Assembly (NCBI RefSeq): GCF_001194135.2
Contig: NC_069001.1
Location: 39,505,180 to 39,569,179, forward strand
DNA from: Octopus bimaculoides
Lineage: Eukaryota
Length of the DNA: 64,000 bases
Direction: 5' to 3'
Position 1 is the stretch's first letter; each line of letters opens with the position of its first letter. The notes below the pieces were generated by a model. That model saw only the letters and a program-made list of their open reading frames with translations. It searched no databases and was not told the DNA's origin. Below, one piece after another: positions 1-13,100 of the stretch. The position numbers and the translations under genes were made by a program.

Positions 1-373
1 TAATTGAAAGGTTTTAAATGAATGGCCTTAATTAACAGGGAATAGTCTAGGTAGTTGTTCAGAATATATTAATGTGTACTTAAGTTATCGATCACAGGAA
101 CAGGGCTGTAAGAAATCAATATGAAATAGAAACTATCGATCATTTACGATGTGTGTAATGTATGTGTGCGTTTGTGTATATGTGTAATGTATACGTGTGT
201 TTGTATATGTATGTGTACACGCAGGAACTTTGCGACTTATTTTTGACAAAGAAAACTACAATAATTCTTGGTGTGCCAGTGATATGAACTCGCAGCCTCA
301 TATTTTGACTTGTAGTTTATGGTGATTCAATGACACCAATGACTACTCACTGTGAGTAGAATCAGCAGCAGTA

Positions 374-381
374 TGACGTCA
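374..381. promoter_or_regulatory. Full CRE palindrome TGACGTCA
   Basis: Exact motif in unique sequence; function untested. Confidence 0.3.
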
Positions 382-3300
382 GCCATCTTATCAATATGGC
401 GACGGACAAAGTGACGGACTAACATTTTTTAGAGAAAGTTATGTCACCGAAACTGTCTCTATTAACGTGAAAATTGCTTTATCGACCGTGGTCTGACGAC
501 GAGGATTGAACCATCCTTATTGTGGATGAAACCTTTCTTGATAATACCACGATAGAAGCCAAAATAAGATGATGGATGTACTAATCTAAACAACGAAATC
601 TTCCCGATATACGTTATTATAAAGGTAAGGCACGTTCTTGCATTTCTCAGAGCTAAACCTCGGTGGCACGCGCCGGAGCAGTTTTCATTGATAGTTCCCC
701 TTCCAATAGTTTTTACTTCAATTCCACACAGAGCCGATCTCGACGGTTCTCACTAAATCACTTCATATGACAGCAACCGTGAAAGTAACAAACAGTTGTT
801 GCAGTCCGATATACTGGTCATGATTTGGTACTCCTGCCTTATTCTACAGACTAGCACTGCGGTCCTTGGAGACAGTCACGTTGCCAGAAGAGGAGTTTCA
901 TAGCAGTTACATCACAGTTTTAGTCAAGTTTCCCCAAGTCAAACAGCTTTCGTTTCGTTGCGTGAACTAAACGAAATTCAACGAGTCACATGAACATGGA
1001 ACGATGAAGGGATGCGTAAATTAAAGCCAAAAACCATTTTACAACTTATTCACCATAGAGTTACACACCTACAACCTCCTTTACATCAATATAATATCTG
1101 TTTGGAACAGAACTCCTCAGCTAGTCCCAATATAAGGTATGTGCTTAACTAAACAACCACCAAAAACAGTAACTCATTGCTGCAACTTCTATAAAGAATA
1201 ACGTCCATTCTCACCTTTAACATAACAAAATTATCCACTCGAAGCGTGTAGCATACAAAATGAATTTCTATTCATAAACATCTGTAATACGTTGCTGAAA
1301 TCAATATTGAAACCTGTTATATATTGCTTAATAATTTAAATCTTAATTCACAATCATCCTACTAACATAAACTGTTGCAATTTATATTATTTTTAATTAC
1401 TTCCAAACCATGTTTTATATAAATCTAAATACCCCCCCCCCCATACACCGGACAATAAATGCGTAAAAGCTGGGTGGTTTTTTATGGCAAAGTTGTTGAG
1501 CTGAATAAGCTTGTATGCTGTGAGTAGTGGAGGAAGCTCAGGTTTAAGGGATTGCCGCTTAATCTGAGAGAAAAAGGTAAGACAGTATATCATGAGATTA
1601 GGGATCTGAAGTTTAGGGAAGAGCTGTCCTCTTTCTCTGACAAAGAGAGATTTTCCTTTTTTTTTTTAATTCAGTATCCAATATACTTTTCCATATTACA
1701 AAAATACCGAACCCCATGAACATTTTTATATAATCATTGCCGACGCAGACCACCTCCAGTTTACTCAATTTCTCTATTCTTTTTTAGAGATAAAATAGCA
1801 ATTTTAGTGGTGGATGTGCTTTTAGCTAAATTGACATTTTATTTATGAGGCTTCGCGTGAATTGTCTGTATTTCACAGCAAGTGACTTATTACAAGTTAT
1901 AGACTTACAATTACATTATTTTATATAAAATAGTTGATATATATATATGAGCAATTATATAGTGACAAGGCTATAGTATTAGATCTACATGTGTATATAT
2001 GTATATATTTATATATATGAGACTAGGTGTATAGTAATACAATTATATTGCTGTATATAAAAGACAGTGATGTAAATTTAGTAGTTATCAACGCTATCTA
2101 TTAAGATATTGTCTTCCCTCGCTTTGTAATAACAGTGAGATATGTTCAAACTTGTCCGTATCTTGTGACCAGCTAAGCCGAGTGAATTTGTTTGTATGCA
2201 GCCGACAATAGGGTGTCTTATAAAAACAATAACTGAAGTTAGGCGAAGGGGAAGCCCCATGATATTCTCCTATGGAAACTCCATATCACACGCAACAATA
2301 ATAGATTACAAATAGTTTTCTTGTTATTTCCTACGAACAGAAAAGATATCTCTTTCGATCTTATGGTAGAATAATTCCACGGTATGGAGTTTGTGGTTGT
2401 AGGTTTAGAATTATGCAGAATTCAACAGGGAATGTAACAAATAATTTAAGATATTTGCTAACAATGAGAAATCCTTAATGAGTTTGTAAAAAAACGTGCA
2501 ATGCGATCTCGTAAAAATGTGTAAACATGTGCTTCATTTAGCGAACGCTTGTTTAATCAGAAAAATGTTTAATTTGAAAAATGCCTGTTTAATCAGAGAC
2601 AAGTATCTGTTTTCGGGTTATAATTGTTGACTGATTGGTGGCCGTTAAATTAGAATCCTGCCTGTTTTTGTTCGAACATTATGGAGAGGGGTGGCCAAAT
2701 GCAGGTATGTGAAAAAGTTCTTTATAAGGATATCAAAAGTAATGAATTCTATACAATTTGTCTTTTATTTCCGACATCCACTCAAATATTGGCCTCTTCA
2801 CATTTTGTTGGTAGAATAATTCAATAATAATTACACAGAACGGTAGTTTATAAATATAAGTTAACATAGAGCCATATTCAGACATAGAAAGTTCAAATTT
2901 AAAATTACAAATTCTCAGTCAAGTCAAAGTTTATATAAAATGTTTTCAACTGTAAAACCTATATTTTACTTAAACCATGCAGAGTCAACTGAACAATGTT
3001 GCAGAAAGTGTTATAGAAAATATACAGATATATGTTTGCACTTGTAAAGCTAAAATGCCAACAGATAATTGATAGCAGTAAATATCGGTGTAAATAACGA
3101 ACGTGTTTCTAAACTAGTAGAAATAAGCATCACCAAAAACTTCTTAATTTTCTTTAATCTGTGTTCTTTAATCTGTCTTCTAATTTTCTTTAATCTGTGT
3201 TTTAGGTTCAGATAACGAAGATAGTCTTCACTATATTTAAATAATAAACGTTGATTGTTAACTGTTGCTGTTTTTTTTTTTAGCTCTAGGTCGCTAATAA

Positions 3301-3739
3301 CTGAGTAGATTCATGATCAACAGCGTTCCAAGCATGACTTCCATTCTTTTGTGAGAATCCTGGAGTAAATGCTCTCCAGTGTGTTGTTACTTTTTGAGAG
3401 TATAGTATTCGATTTGAGGAATGTTTGGCTACTATTTCAATCAGATCGAGGGTTCCGTTCTTTAGTATGTATTGTCGTTGTTGTTACCGTTGTTTGGTTG
3501 TAGGTCACCGCTGATCCAGTAAACAGGATCAAAGACACTTCAGCCGTGACCCCCCCCGTCTCCTTTTTCTATTGTAAAGAGAATACAAACTCACATTACC
3601 CAATTACCCAACATGCTGTTTTGTGAGTCACTGAGGTGTGCTTGGAGGGAAATATGGCTGCTATTTCTAGCAGGTTAAATTATCATGTAGTGATAATTTT
3701 CTGAGGCATTGTCCGACGCTCTAATCATCCTGCCAGTGT

Positions 3740-3885
3740 GTTCAAATCCTACTAACATCAACTTTATTTTCATTCCCCCAGGGATCGATAAAATAAAGAA
3801 CGAATCGAGCTGTGGGATTTATCTAATCCACTCTACTTCCTTTCCCTCCCCTGAAATGAATAGATTTGCGTTTATATAAGAATTT
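3740..3885 (+). mobile_element. Degenerate SINE-A
   Basis: gttcaaatcc..caacttt..gatcgataaaataaa core similarity. Confidence 0.55.
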
Positions 3886-4754
3886 AATAAGGAATGAAGG
3901 AATAGTGTGTGTGTGTGTGTGTGTGTGTGTGTTGCTCCGTAGTAGGAGTCCAAGACAGCAATTATTTCCGATGAAAATGTGTTTGTTTTATGAACTGAAA
4001 TAGCTTCGAATGGTTGTTAGACGACAAATATTGAGGAATGATGGATTAAATATCTCCCAGTATTTATTATCGTATTTCTGCGTTCAGAGTTTCAAATGAA
4101 CGCCTGATTGATGGTGTGGACTTTCATCCTTCGATGGAATATAATATAATTACACATAATTGATACTAACCTAAGATCTGTTCCATTACTGCTGTCTTTA
4201 CTTTCCTACCAACGTTGACTTTACTCTCGAGTCCGTAACCTACAAACTTCAATCTTTTTTTTTCTTCTCTCCTCCTTTCTAGTTTGATTTACATCTTGCT
4301 ATTTCACATTATGTGTAAATTACAGAGTGAATGTTACAAGCTTTAGACATAATAGGCATACTTGCCAATACTTAGTATAAACTGTACATTTTTATGACTA
4401 AGCCCTGTTTTAGTGAGTCTCAGATAATAATCGATCAAACTGCTTAGAACATAGTCAATAGTAACACGTGGCGTTATTATAAAAGCTCTCTGTACTCCAG
4501 ACAGTGGAAAGTACTTTTACTATGACTTTAAATTATTGCCATTAGACAGAAATAGATTCAGGTTACGTCTACAGTTGATTTTACGCCACAGAATACGTTG
4601 AATCACAGATGGTCGAGAAGATATAATACAGAAAATGTACGTTTCTCTCTAAATATATAAATAAGCTCTGAGTGCAGTTCTTTTATTGCAGAAAACGGTG
4701 TAAAATAATGAAGTTGATTATATGATTCCTGATCCTTGGTCATTTATTAATATT

Positions 4755-4860
4755 CGCTTCAAGTTTTGGCACAAGGCCAGTAATTTTAGACGTGCGATAA
4801 GTCGATTACATCAAACTTAGTGTTCAACTAGAACTTATTTTATCGATTCGAAAGTTGGGA
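4755..4860 (-). mobile_element. SINE-A 3' half
   Basis: Reverse complement tcgataaaataagttctagttgaacac..gatgtaatcgactt..ggccttgtgccaaaa. Confidence 0.7.
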
Positions 4861-7290
4861 TATCGTTGTTCTTGTACACTTAATCTTTCTCCTGGTTTGA
4901 CACCGCTTTCAGGCTTCTGAATGCCCTTAGCGGAATCCAGTCTGTTGTTTGTATTAGATTTAGGTTTCCAGTCTGACGCTAACTTCCTTCTTCCTGCAAC
5001 AGAATCCCTTAAAACTGCAATAGCTGCTACTCTTCCTCCTCGTCTCAGTAAACCATAAAAAGTCACGTGTCCATTTATAAGCTGGATGAATAAACGCTGG
5101 CCTCTACAACGTCTTACTACTTCCCTGGTTTCTTCTGTAACATTTACTACTACTAGTAGTAGTAGTAGTAGTAGTAGTCTAGCTAAGGGGTTCCAAGCAT
5201 GACAGTCTTGCTTTATTTATCAGTGTATCGCTATACACAAGGATCGAAGAACTTCATAGTCCAATGACCTTTCCTTCTTTTTTGTAAAATTCCTGCGATG
5301 TGAATTAAGGCAGATTTGACTACTATTTCTAGCAAGTTGAGCAGCCGTGTAGAAGTCCTTTTCCAAGGTGCCAGCAGATGTTCTAGATATTTATTAAAAC
5401 ATATTTTATGTCGTAGTAAGAAATTTCTTTATCTTGTAATGTAAATCTCGAGATGTCTGTTTCAACTCAGTGAAACGTTATCCTCTACCCCAGATGTATA
5501 TCATTGCACCTATAGTTCTTAAAAACTGAACTTAAATTTATGTAAGACAGTGCAGTTCTTAAAGTAGAGAGTAAACTAGAAACCTGGTCTAGATGTCTGC
5601 CACAAACGGGACTCTACTAAAGACACCCAGGGTCCATTTGGCGATGTTAGAGATCGATCCGATCACCTCTAAACATAAACTTTTACTCCATCAGGTTTCT
5701 GTGTCAGAAACTTCACTCAGAAGACTTTGGTTCATGGAAGGGTAACGTAAAAGATCCTTGCCCAAGGTGTCAATCTATGGGATTAAAACCCCAAACTATA
5801 AAATTGCAAAACAAACGTGTTAACGAGGTGGTCGTGCCTACACTTATCTTAGAGGTGGCTTAATAGGAAACTGTTATAAAGGTTATTCACCATTATACAC
5901 TGACATCAAACTACTTAGATATCTTCCAATAATAGACCATTCCTTGTAGCAATGACTACTTCATAATTAATTCTTTTTTTTTTCCTTTTCCTGAAACAAT
6001 TGACAAAATATATTTTACATTACATCTTCAAACAATTCTTAGAATATTCCTTTCTTGTTTTTCCTGATTGAGTGTTTCAAGATTTCTTTTTATGTTGCTG
6101 CACTCGCTGTACAACATTTCTTTTTCTTCTTTCCTGCTTTGTTTTTGATATATGACTAAAGGAATCGTTTTCCGCAATATTTTTATCGAATGAGAATTTT
6201 GATTTTGTCGAGTGCTTTTCTTCATTGGATTGCATCTCCAAGTTTCTAAGACTTTTATTGCCGGAGATGGTGGCGAGGGCGAGCAGTTATTTGTTAAGAA
6301 TATCGGAAATTTAATACGACGAGATTATTGTACAACAAAGTCGCCTGAAACGAAGCTGGATGCAAGAAAACCGTTGCAACAAAAGTATCGAGTAACATTT
6401 TCCCTTCTTTTTGTCGGGGAAATTAAATAACAAATATTTTTTTAACTTTGGGGAAATATCTGCTTTAGTGTTTGTTTTCATTATAACAAGATATGAATCA
6501 TCCTAGATGTTGCATAATATCAGGATAAAGGATTATCTGCTGACAGAAAATAGAAACCTTAGCGAAAGATTTAAGACCCATAACAATTATTCTAGATCCT
6601 TCTGAAATAAAATATAAAAGAGCCACCGACCGCAAATCTGTTCCCATATTATATGTCAGCACTGGATCCACAAATGTATGGAGTTCGATTCCGCCTCCAA
6701 TGATCCACTAATCATCAAATACCGTAATTTAAAACTGTGTGAGTAAATGGAACATTGGTTGGGGCTAAATTCTACCTTTAAGGGATTGGTCAACGCGAAC
6801 CTATGTCAGAAATCACTCGCTTTAGTTGCCATACGGTGAGATCGAACTCGGAACCACATGATTACAAAGTGAACTTCATAACTGCACAGCTATGTCTCGT
6901 ACTTTATCGGCCTCTGACGAATGAAATGCAAAGCTGACCCTCGGTGAACTCAAAATGCAAAGGACTATAACAAAATATCGCAAGAATTTTGTGTGATTCA
7001 CTTCAGATCCTCCACCGATTTAACTAGACAAGTCCTGACAATAAATACTAGCAATTATTGCTGTATTCTCTTTAATTACACTATATTCCCGATACGTACT
7101 GAAATTAAGTTAATTTACAAAATTTTCAGTTACATAATTTTTACGCTTTGAGTTTGAGAAATATTTTCTTGTATTTCTCAAACTTTAGAGAAGTTGTTCC
7201 TACGCTAGTGACTTAGTCTGCAGTGTAATTCTAAACGAATAAACACAAACTTCTTTTTTTTTTTAATAACAAAATCTATTTTATAGAATG

Positions 7291-7441
7291 TACAGGGTGG
7301 TCCGGAAGTCTTCTCACTCCCTACAGAAAAGTAATAAGAACAATAGAGGATCAATATAATAATATCAAACATATTTAACTGGTTTGATATTATTATAGTG
7401 TTCCTCGGTAGGGGGTGACAAGGCTTTAGGACCACCCTATA
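7291..7441. mobile_element. About 150-bp TIR-bounded MITE (Tc1/mariner-like)
   Basis: TA|CAGGGTGGTCC (7293-7303) ... GGACCACCCTA (7429-7439)|TA; 10/11 inverted-repeat match; no coding capacity. Confidence 0.6.
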
Positions 7442-7849
7442 GAATGTTCTTGAATACTGGGTGGGGGACGCATGGAAATTGACGATTTTGAAATGTTCTT
7501 CAGAGATCTTTTTAACATTGTTTCATTATATTAAAGACTTCGATGTCCTTTCATAGTTGAGGTTGTTTAAAGTGTGACTTCCGAGTACATGTCATGACAA
7601 AAATAAAAATAAAATAGATATTATAAAATTAACAGTGGAAAAACGGCCACCACATAACATTTACAGTCAATATAAACTAAGGAATATTTTCGCCCCCAAA
7701 AATATCAAATGTTAAATTTCACCATTTGTTTCTAAATTGACACACAAGATTATCGATTTTCCAAAATGTTGACGATGGTAAACACTCGGAAATACAATCC
7801 AGGAGAAACAAAATGTTGTTGATTTAAAAAAACCTCTGCTGTCGAAAAC

Positions 7850-8150
7850 GAAACCCGATACTTCTATCCACCTCCCGTAGGCGTTTGACCTAGCCTGCAG
7901 TATATTCAGCTACTACATGGCATTATTATGGAATGCTTTTTCCGTTGTAATTTTTCGTTTCTGCTTGCAACCAGACTTTCATCTCAAGAGAGTTTTATGA
8001 TACCAATTGACACCAACCAGAGATTATTGTATTACATAAACTCGTTAATTATCCATCAACTGATAAACCTGACCAGATTAATTATTGTTTAACATAGGAA
8101 GCTGGTGGTTAATTTTTGCTTGGAAACACCATTTCGTTGAGATAAAATAT
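7850..8150 (-). mobile_element. Possible highly decayed mariner transposase fragment
   Basis: Minus strand ..FHNNA..RWIEV loosely resembles mariner FHHDNARPH..LGWEVL; many stops and frameshifts. Confidence 0.25.
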
Positions 8151-8824
8151 ATCCAATAAATTTACAATCTCGATCTCACTCAATCATTCTTTCAACCAAA
8201 CATGGAAGACATATCTTTCCCAGATGTCTTGATCGATCATCGCCGCACTTATTTTTGATCTGGTCTTCAAAACGATGTCACATTAACATGAATTCAACTA
8301 TCTAAGGTTTGGCGGTGCCGCCATAGCATTATATTTTATACTTTTTCTTGAGCCTGTTGATCACGGTGCCCTACTGATTGCAAACCGTTTTTCAGTTCAT
8401 TTTTGTAAACCTTTATGAAGTTCTACATTGGTGATGCGGCTCCTCTGAATGATGTGAAGAACCATTCGGAGCAGACGGCTGTACATTCAGTCTAGAAGTT
8501 TTTCCTATCATACGTCGTAACCATGCGACAAAGGAAAGTCAACTGTTGCGAAAATGAGTTTGGTGTTAATACTCTTCTTTAAGGGAAACTTCTACAATTT
8601 TGGTAATTTATGATTATTTATGGTATCCCCCCACCATTTAATTGCCTTTCGTTCTCTGTCTTTTACTGAGCTGGTCATTAACTTAGCTTGAAGGTATTTG
8701 GCATTTTCAACAATAAGCATGAGAATGTCGTTAGTAAGTTCGCTTCACAACTACATTGTTTCGAGTTCAAGCCTATTGAGTAGCACTTTGATCAATTCTA
8801 ATATAGCTCAGACTTACCAATACA

Positions 8825-8890
8825 TTGCAAATTTGGTAGGTAGAAACTGTGCCGAAGCCCGTTGTATATATTGTGAGATTCTGTGTACGC

Positions 8891-8931
<41 letters not shown>

Positions 8932-8947
8932 NNNNNNNNNNGTACGC

Positions 8948-8990
<43 letters not shown>

Positions 8991-9190
8991 CCTTTTGGCG
9001 TTTCCTTCGACATCGCTTGACAAACTGTATTAGTTCACGTTCCTGTAAGTTAGCGGTTCGGTAGAAAGTGTAGCGTAGAATAAACAGCAGAATTAAGATA
9101 ATTTCAAGGGTCGATTTATTTGACTAAAAGCATCGGAGCCCCAGCGTGGCCGTCATCCAATGATTGAAACAAAAGAATAAAAGAAAAATG
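8825..9190 (+). mobile_element. SINE-B, diverged, lacking head
   Basis: gaaactg..gaagcccgttgtat, (TG)n, gcttgacaa..ttagcggttcgg..gggtcgattt..cagcgtggccg..tgattgaaacaa. Confidence 0.7.
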
Positions 9191-9369
9191 ATAATTTAAC
9201 AATAAAATAATTCTTTTGGATGACTTGAAGAGATGTTGAGGTGAAGACCTGGTTTCAATTCCTGCTGTAGTCTACAAAAACTATTTTCGGGAATCTAACA
9301 TGAAGAGAGCGACTCAATCGAAAACTTCGATCTATATTTATTGAAATATTGAATCAAATAAATAGACGC

Positions 9370-9483
9370 TAGTATTCATTTTAAGCCTGGTGTAGTTCTC
9401 TTTTTACCGAACTGTTAAGTTACGGGAACATAGATTAATACTGTTTGTCAAGTGATGTCGAGAGAGAGACAAAGGCGCATGCA

Positions 9484-9560
<77 letters not shown>

Positions 9561-9697
9561 CGGGCTTCCACACAGTTTCCACTAATCCCATTCACAATGT
9601 ATTGGTCAGTTTGAGGCTACATTAGAAGACATTTGATCAAAGTTCCGCGTAGTAGAATTAATAGTGTGAAGCGAACTTCTTAACCACACAGCCATGA
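9370..9697 (-). mobile_element. SINE-B, diverged
   Basis: ttttaccgaactgttaagttacggg, (CA)n(TA)n, acgggcttc..cagtttcc..gaggctac..agaagaca..cttcttaaccacacagcca. Confidence 0.7.
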
Positions 9698-9725
9698 CTA
9701 TTATTGAAGCATTCAAATATAGTCT

Positions 9726-9765
<40 letters not shown>

Positions 9766-10802
9766 GGCAGCAGACGATGTCATGCGTTTAAAGATATTTA
9801 GTGAATTAAAGCTTCCTAGAATAAGACTCTGCTACTGATATTGTTCTTCTGAAATGATGAAAGACGAAGTAGACTCAAAATACAGTTCAAAGTAGAATTC
9901 AGCATGGAAATGGTGAAGGTTAAATATTCTAATGAAATTTTATTTCCAAACTGTCTCCTGTCTGGCATGATATGTCCTTGACTTGTGATAATCATTACAG
10001 ACGCCACCATGTGTCAATGAATCATCGATGATTGGGGTAGTTCAGACGGATTAAAACTGAAATAAGAGATCAACTGTTGTCTGTGAATTGAATTGAATCG
10101 TGAATTCGATGCCACCTCTAGCCGCGCCATTTCTAAAGATTCTGATATCATCTTTTGATAATTCCATCAAAATAGATTCGACTGTCAAACGAAACGGACG
10201 ATAAGTGTGAATTCTCTCACAAAACCAAAATAGAAACGGAAGACAATGATTTCACGTTTTTCTAACTCCACAAGAAGGACTTTAGGTCAAATTATAATAA
10301 TCGATTTTATATTATCTATTTGCTGTGTTTGAAACTAATTTCCATAACTGAGTAAATTTAATTTCATTCTAGATTTTAAAAGGATCTTATTGAATTTCAG
10401 CACTATTGTTGTTTCGATTTTCAGAACCGTTTGCTTTTTTCCTTGTTTATATAACCTAATATCTTAATATAACTTAAAATATTAATATATATCTTAAAAT
10501 ATAAGAGTAAATGTACATTCCTTGTTGAAGCCACACGTTTGTAGAAAGATGGCTCACATTTTGCACAGTGCCACATTTATTCAAGGAGAAATACAAAGGT
10601 TTATGTGATTTTCACTGAAGTTCGTTATTTTTAACCCTTTAAAAATCAAGAACATTCTCTCCTACAAATACTGCCACAGTCATTGCAAATGTTTGCTGAT
10701 TTAGAATAATGACGGTCATTTATAATACAATATGAAAAAAAAAAGTTAGTTATCACAGATAAATGCAAGGATGAAAGTTTAAATCTTTTCTTCTTGTTGT
10801 TA

Positions 10803-11015
10803 AGGTAACGAGCTGGCAGAATCGTCAGCACGCCGGGTGAAATGCTTGGCGGTATTTTCTCTGCCGCTACGTTCTGAGTTCAAATTCTGCTGGGGTCAAC
10901 TTTGCTTTTCATCCTTCTGAATCGATAAAGTAAATACCAGTGAAACATCGGGCTCGATGTAATCGGTTAGTCCCATCCCCTCAAATTTCAGGCGTTGTGC
11001 TTATAGTAGAAAGGG
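10803..11015 (+). mobile_element. SINE family A (tRNA-derived), full length
   Basis: Head gagctggcagaatcg (A box), gagttcaaattc (B box), core tcgataaa.taa.taccag..gatgtaatcg, TTA tail; homologous to many other copies in the window. Confidence 0.85.
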
Positions 11016-11630
11016 TTATTATTATCTTTTTATCACAGGTTTTGCCACAGTACCATGCTATTCGTTCTTTTCAGCTTTCTAATACTTTCCTGATTATTCT
11101 GGCCGTGTCAAGGAGGCAAATATTTTGTAATAGTTCTACTGGGCACTCTATTCCAATTTCCTTTATATTCCACTTGATACTTTCTGATACTATTCACAAG
11201 AACCCAACAATAATTGGCACTATCTTCACCTTCTTCATTTTCCATAGCCAGGCTATTTCGTACTTAAGAGGGTTGTATCTATCTATCTTTTCGTCTTCCA
11301 TCTTGACTATTCGTGGCTCAAAGGGGCATGCAATATCAACTATATAAAGCATAAGTTGTGCTCTAATACCTAACGAGTTTGGATTAGGAAATCCCAGAGG
11401 ATTTTGCTATTGTCTAACTCTGCCACTCTCTGCGGTTTGTGCTCATACCACGGTCTTGCCTCTCTCTCTAGCCTCCACTTTTTGCACAGTTTCCAATGTA
11501 GCCCTTTCACTACCTGATCTTGTCGCCACAACTTGTAGCGGTTTTGTGCAAGTCTAGGGCATTCGTTTGTGATATGGGCAATGGTTTCATCCACTCTATT
11601 GCAGATGCGGCACAGCGGAGAAACTTGCAC
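11016..11630 (-). mobile_element. 5'-truncated R4/Dong-like non-LTR retrotransposon 3' end (CCHC zinc knuckle + restriction-like endonuclease), decayed
   Basis: Minus translation CRICNRVDETIAHITNEC..RQDQV..LHWKLC..WYEHKP..KILWDFLIQT, then (frameshift/deletion) IVDIACPFEPRIVKMEDEKIDRYNPLKYEIAWLWKMKKVKIVPIIVGFL*..LQNICLLDTARIIRKVLES* (stop 11071-11073). Short 3' UTR and (TAA)3 tail. Classic RLE-clade motif order. Confidence 0.9.
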
Positions 11631-11631
11631 A

Positions 11632-11975
11632 TTCCTAAGGTTGACCCTCTAGTTCTTCACCTTCCATCCTTTTGGGGGTCGATAAAATAAGTACCAACTG
11701 AACGCTGGGGTCAATGTAATCGACTTAACTCCTCCCTCGAATATTGCTGGCCTTGTGCCAAAATTTGAAGCCATTATGATTTTTATTAGGGGGACAAAAA
11801 CCCAGAATCGTTTGCTTGCCGGCTTTTCTTCCGACTTTATATTCTGAGTTCAAATTCCGCCAGGATTAACTTAAACTTTCATTCTTTCGAGGTTGATACA
11901 ATCAGTATCAGTCGAGCAATAGGATCGATCTATTCGACCAACCGACTCACCTCAAAAGTACTGCCCATGTGCCAT
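11632..11975 (+). mobile_element. Two partial or degenerate SINE-A copies in tandem
   Basis: catcctttt..ggtcgataaaataagtacca..gccttgtgccaaaatttgaa (to about 11780), then ttctgagttcaaattccgcc copy. Confidence 0.75.
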
Positions 11976-12614
11976 TATTTTACACAGTTTATATAAAGTT
12001 CAAATTTAACCATTTTCAGAATTGTTGTCCCACAACAGTTCTGAGTGAATCAACATTCCCAGACTGATTAAAGACTGGTAAAATATCCTGAAAGTAATTT
12101 CTAAAACCAATTAGGTAAATTCTCAAGATTTTATTTATTTTACATATGAATTTGGCCAAAGTTTGGCATAAAAGCTTCTACACCAATAATAAGGTACAAC
12201 AGTTTAAATTGGTAGAATCTGTTATTCTAAAGCTTATACACTCGAGAGGCTTTCCAAGGTACGGCATTTGGTTTTTCCAGTATTTCTTTGATCACGTGGA
12301 ATTATTATAATCGCAGTCAGTCAAATAGGGACCCTCAACCGGAGCGGACGACCTATTAGAAATAGGATCCATAACGCCCCGCGTTCATAAAAACGGAAAA
12401 TAAGTTATTAGATATTGCACTTCCCCAAAATACAGGATGGTAAACAGTTGTAATCATAAGCCGGTTCGATTTGAGTTAAATAAGAACGCCATTTACAATT
12501 TCCATGCTGTAGTTAATAACTAAACATGGCTGTACTTGCTTAACAGCAGCAGCTCTTCGATTTGGAATCAATAGCTGAGAAGTATTTCACAAGGTAATGA
12601 TAAACACCAGGTAG

Positions 12615-13100
12615 CCTGAGGGAGAGAGGGAGAGAGGGGGTTGGACAAATGTAATAACTGGGAGGAGAGACAAACAGACACTCTGATATACTAACGGAGA
12701 TTTAGACATAAATACTGAGAGAGAGAGAGACAGACTAGACAGAGTCAGAAAAAAGAGAGGGCGGGACGTGATGACAGACAGAGACAGAGACAGATAGACA
12801 AAGTAACAGAAAGGGAGTGAGTGGGGGAGAGAGAGTGTGTGTGTGTGTGTGAAAAACATACTGAAGAAACCAATCAAAAACAGACTCACAGAGAAAGGCA
12901 GACAGAAAAAAAACACGCAGAGAGAGAAAGAGTGAGAGGGAAGAGAGAGAGAGGGGGAAGCGATGAGAGAGAGAGAGAGGGGAGAGAGAGAGAGAGAGAT
13001 GACACGAGAGGCGCAGAGACATACAGACAGACGAGCAGGCACAGAGACAGACATACATACACATATGTCGAGCAAAGAGATAATGAGAAATAAGGATGAA
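12615..13100. repeat. GA/GACA-rich polypurine low-complexity tract (similar at 58230-58570; pyrimidine version at 47200-47410)
   Basis: Directly visible. Confidence 0.9.

Noticed and set aside
485-540. CTGACGA...GAAA hammerhead-like cores (also 22665-22695 and 28998-29020)
   Set aside because: Stem II and stems I/III do not form with the correct spacing.
4824-5066. 80-aa minus ORF
   Set aside because: Its end runs into a SINE-A fragment; no splice or homology support.
8884-8990. Direct repeat gtacgcgag(TG)n on both sides of a 10-N gap
   Set aside because: Most likely the same sequence assembled twice across the gap.
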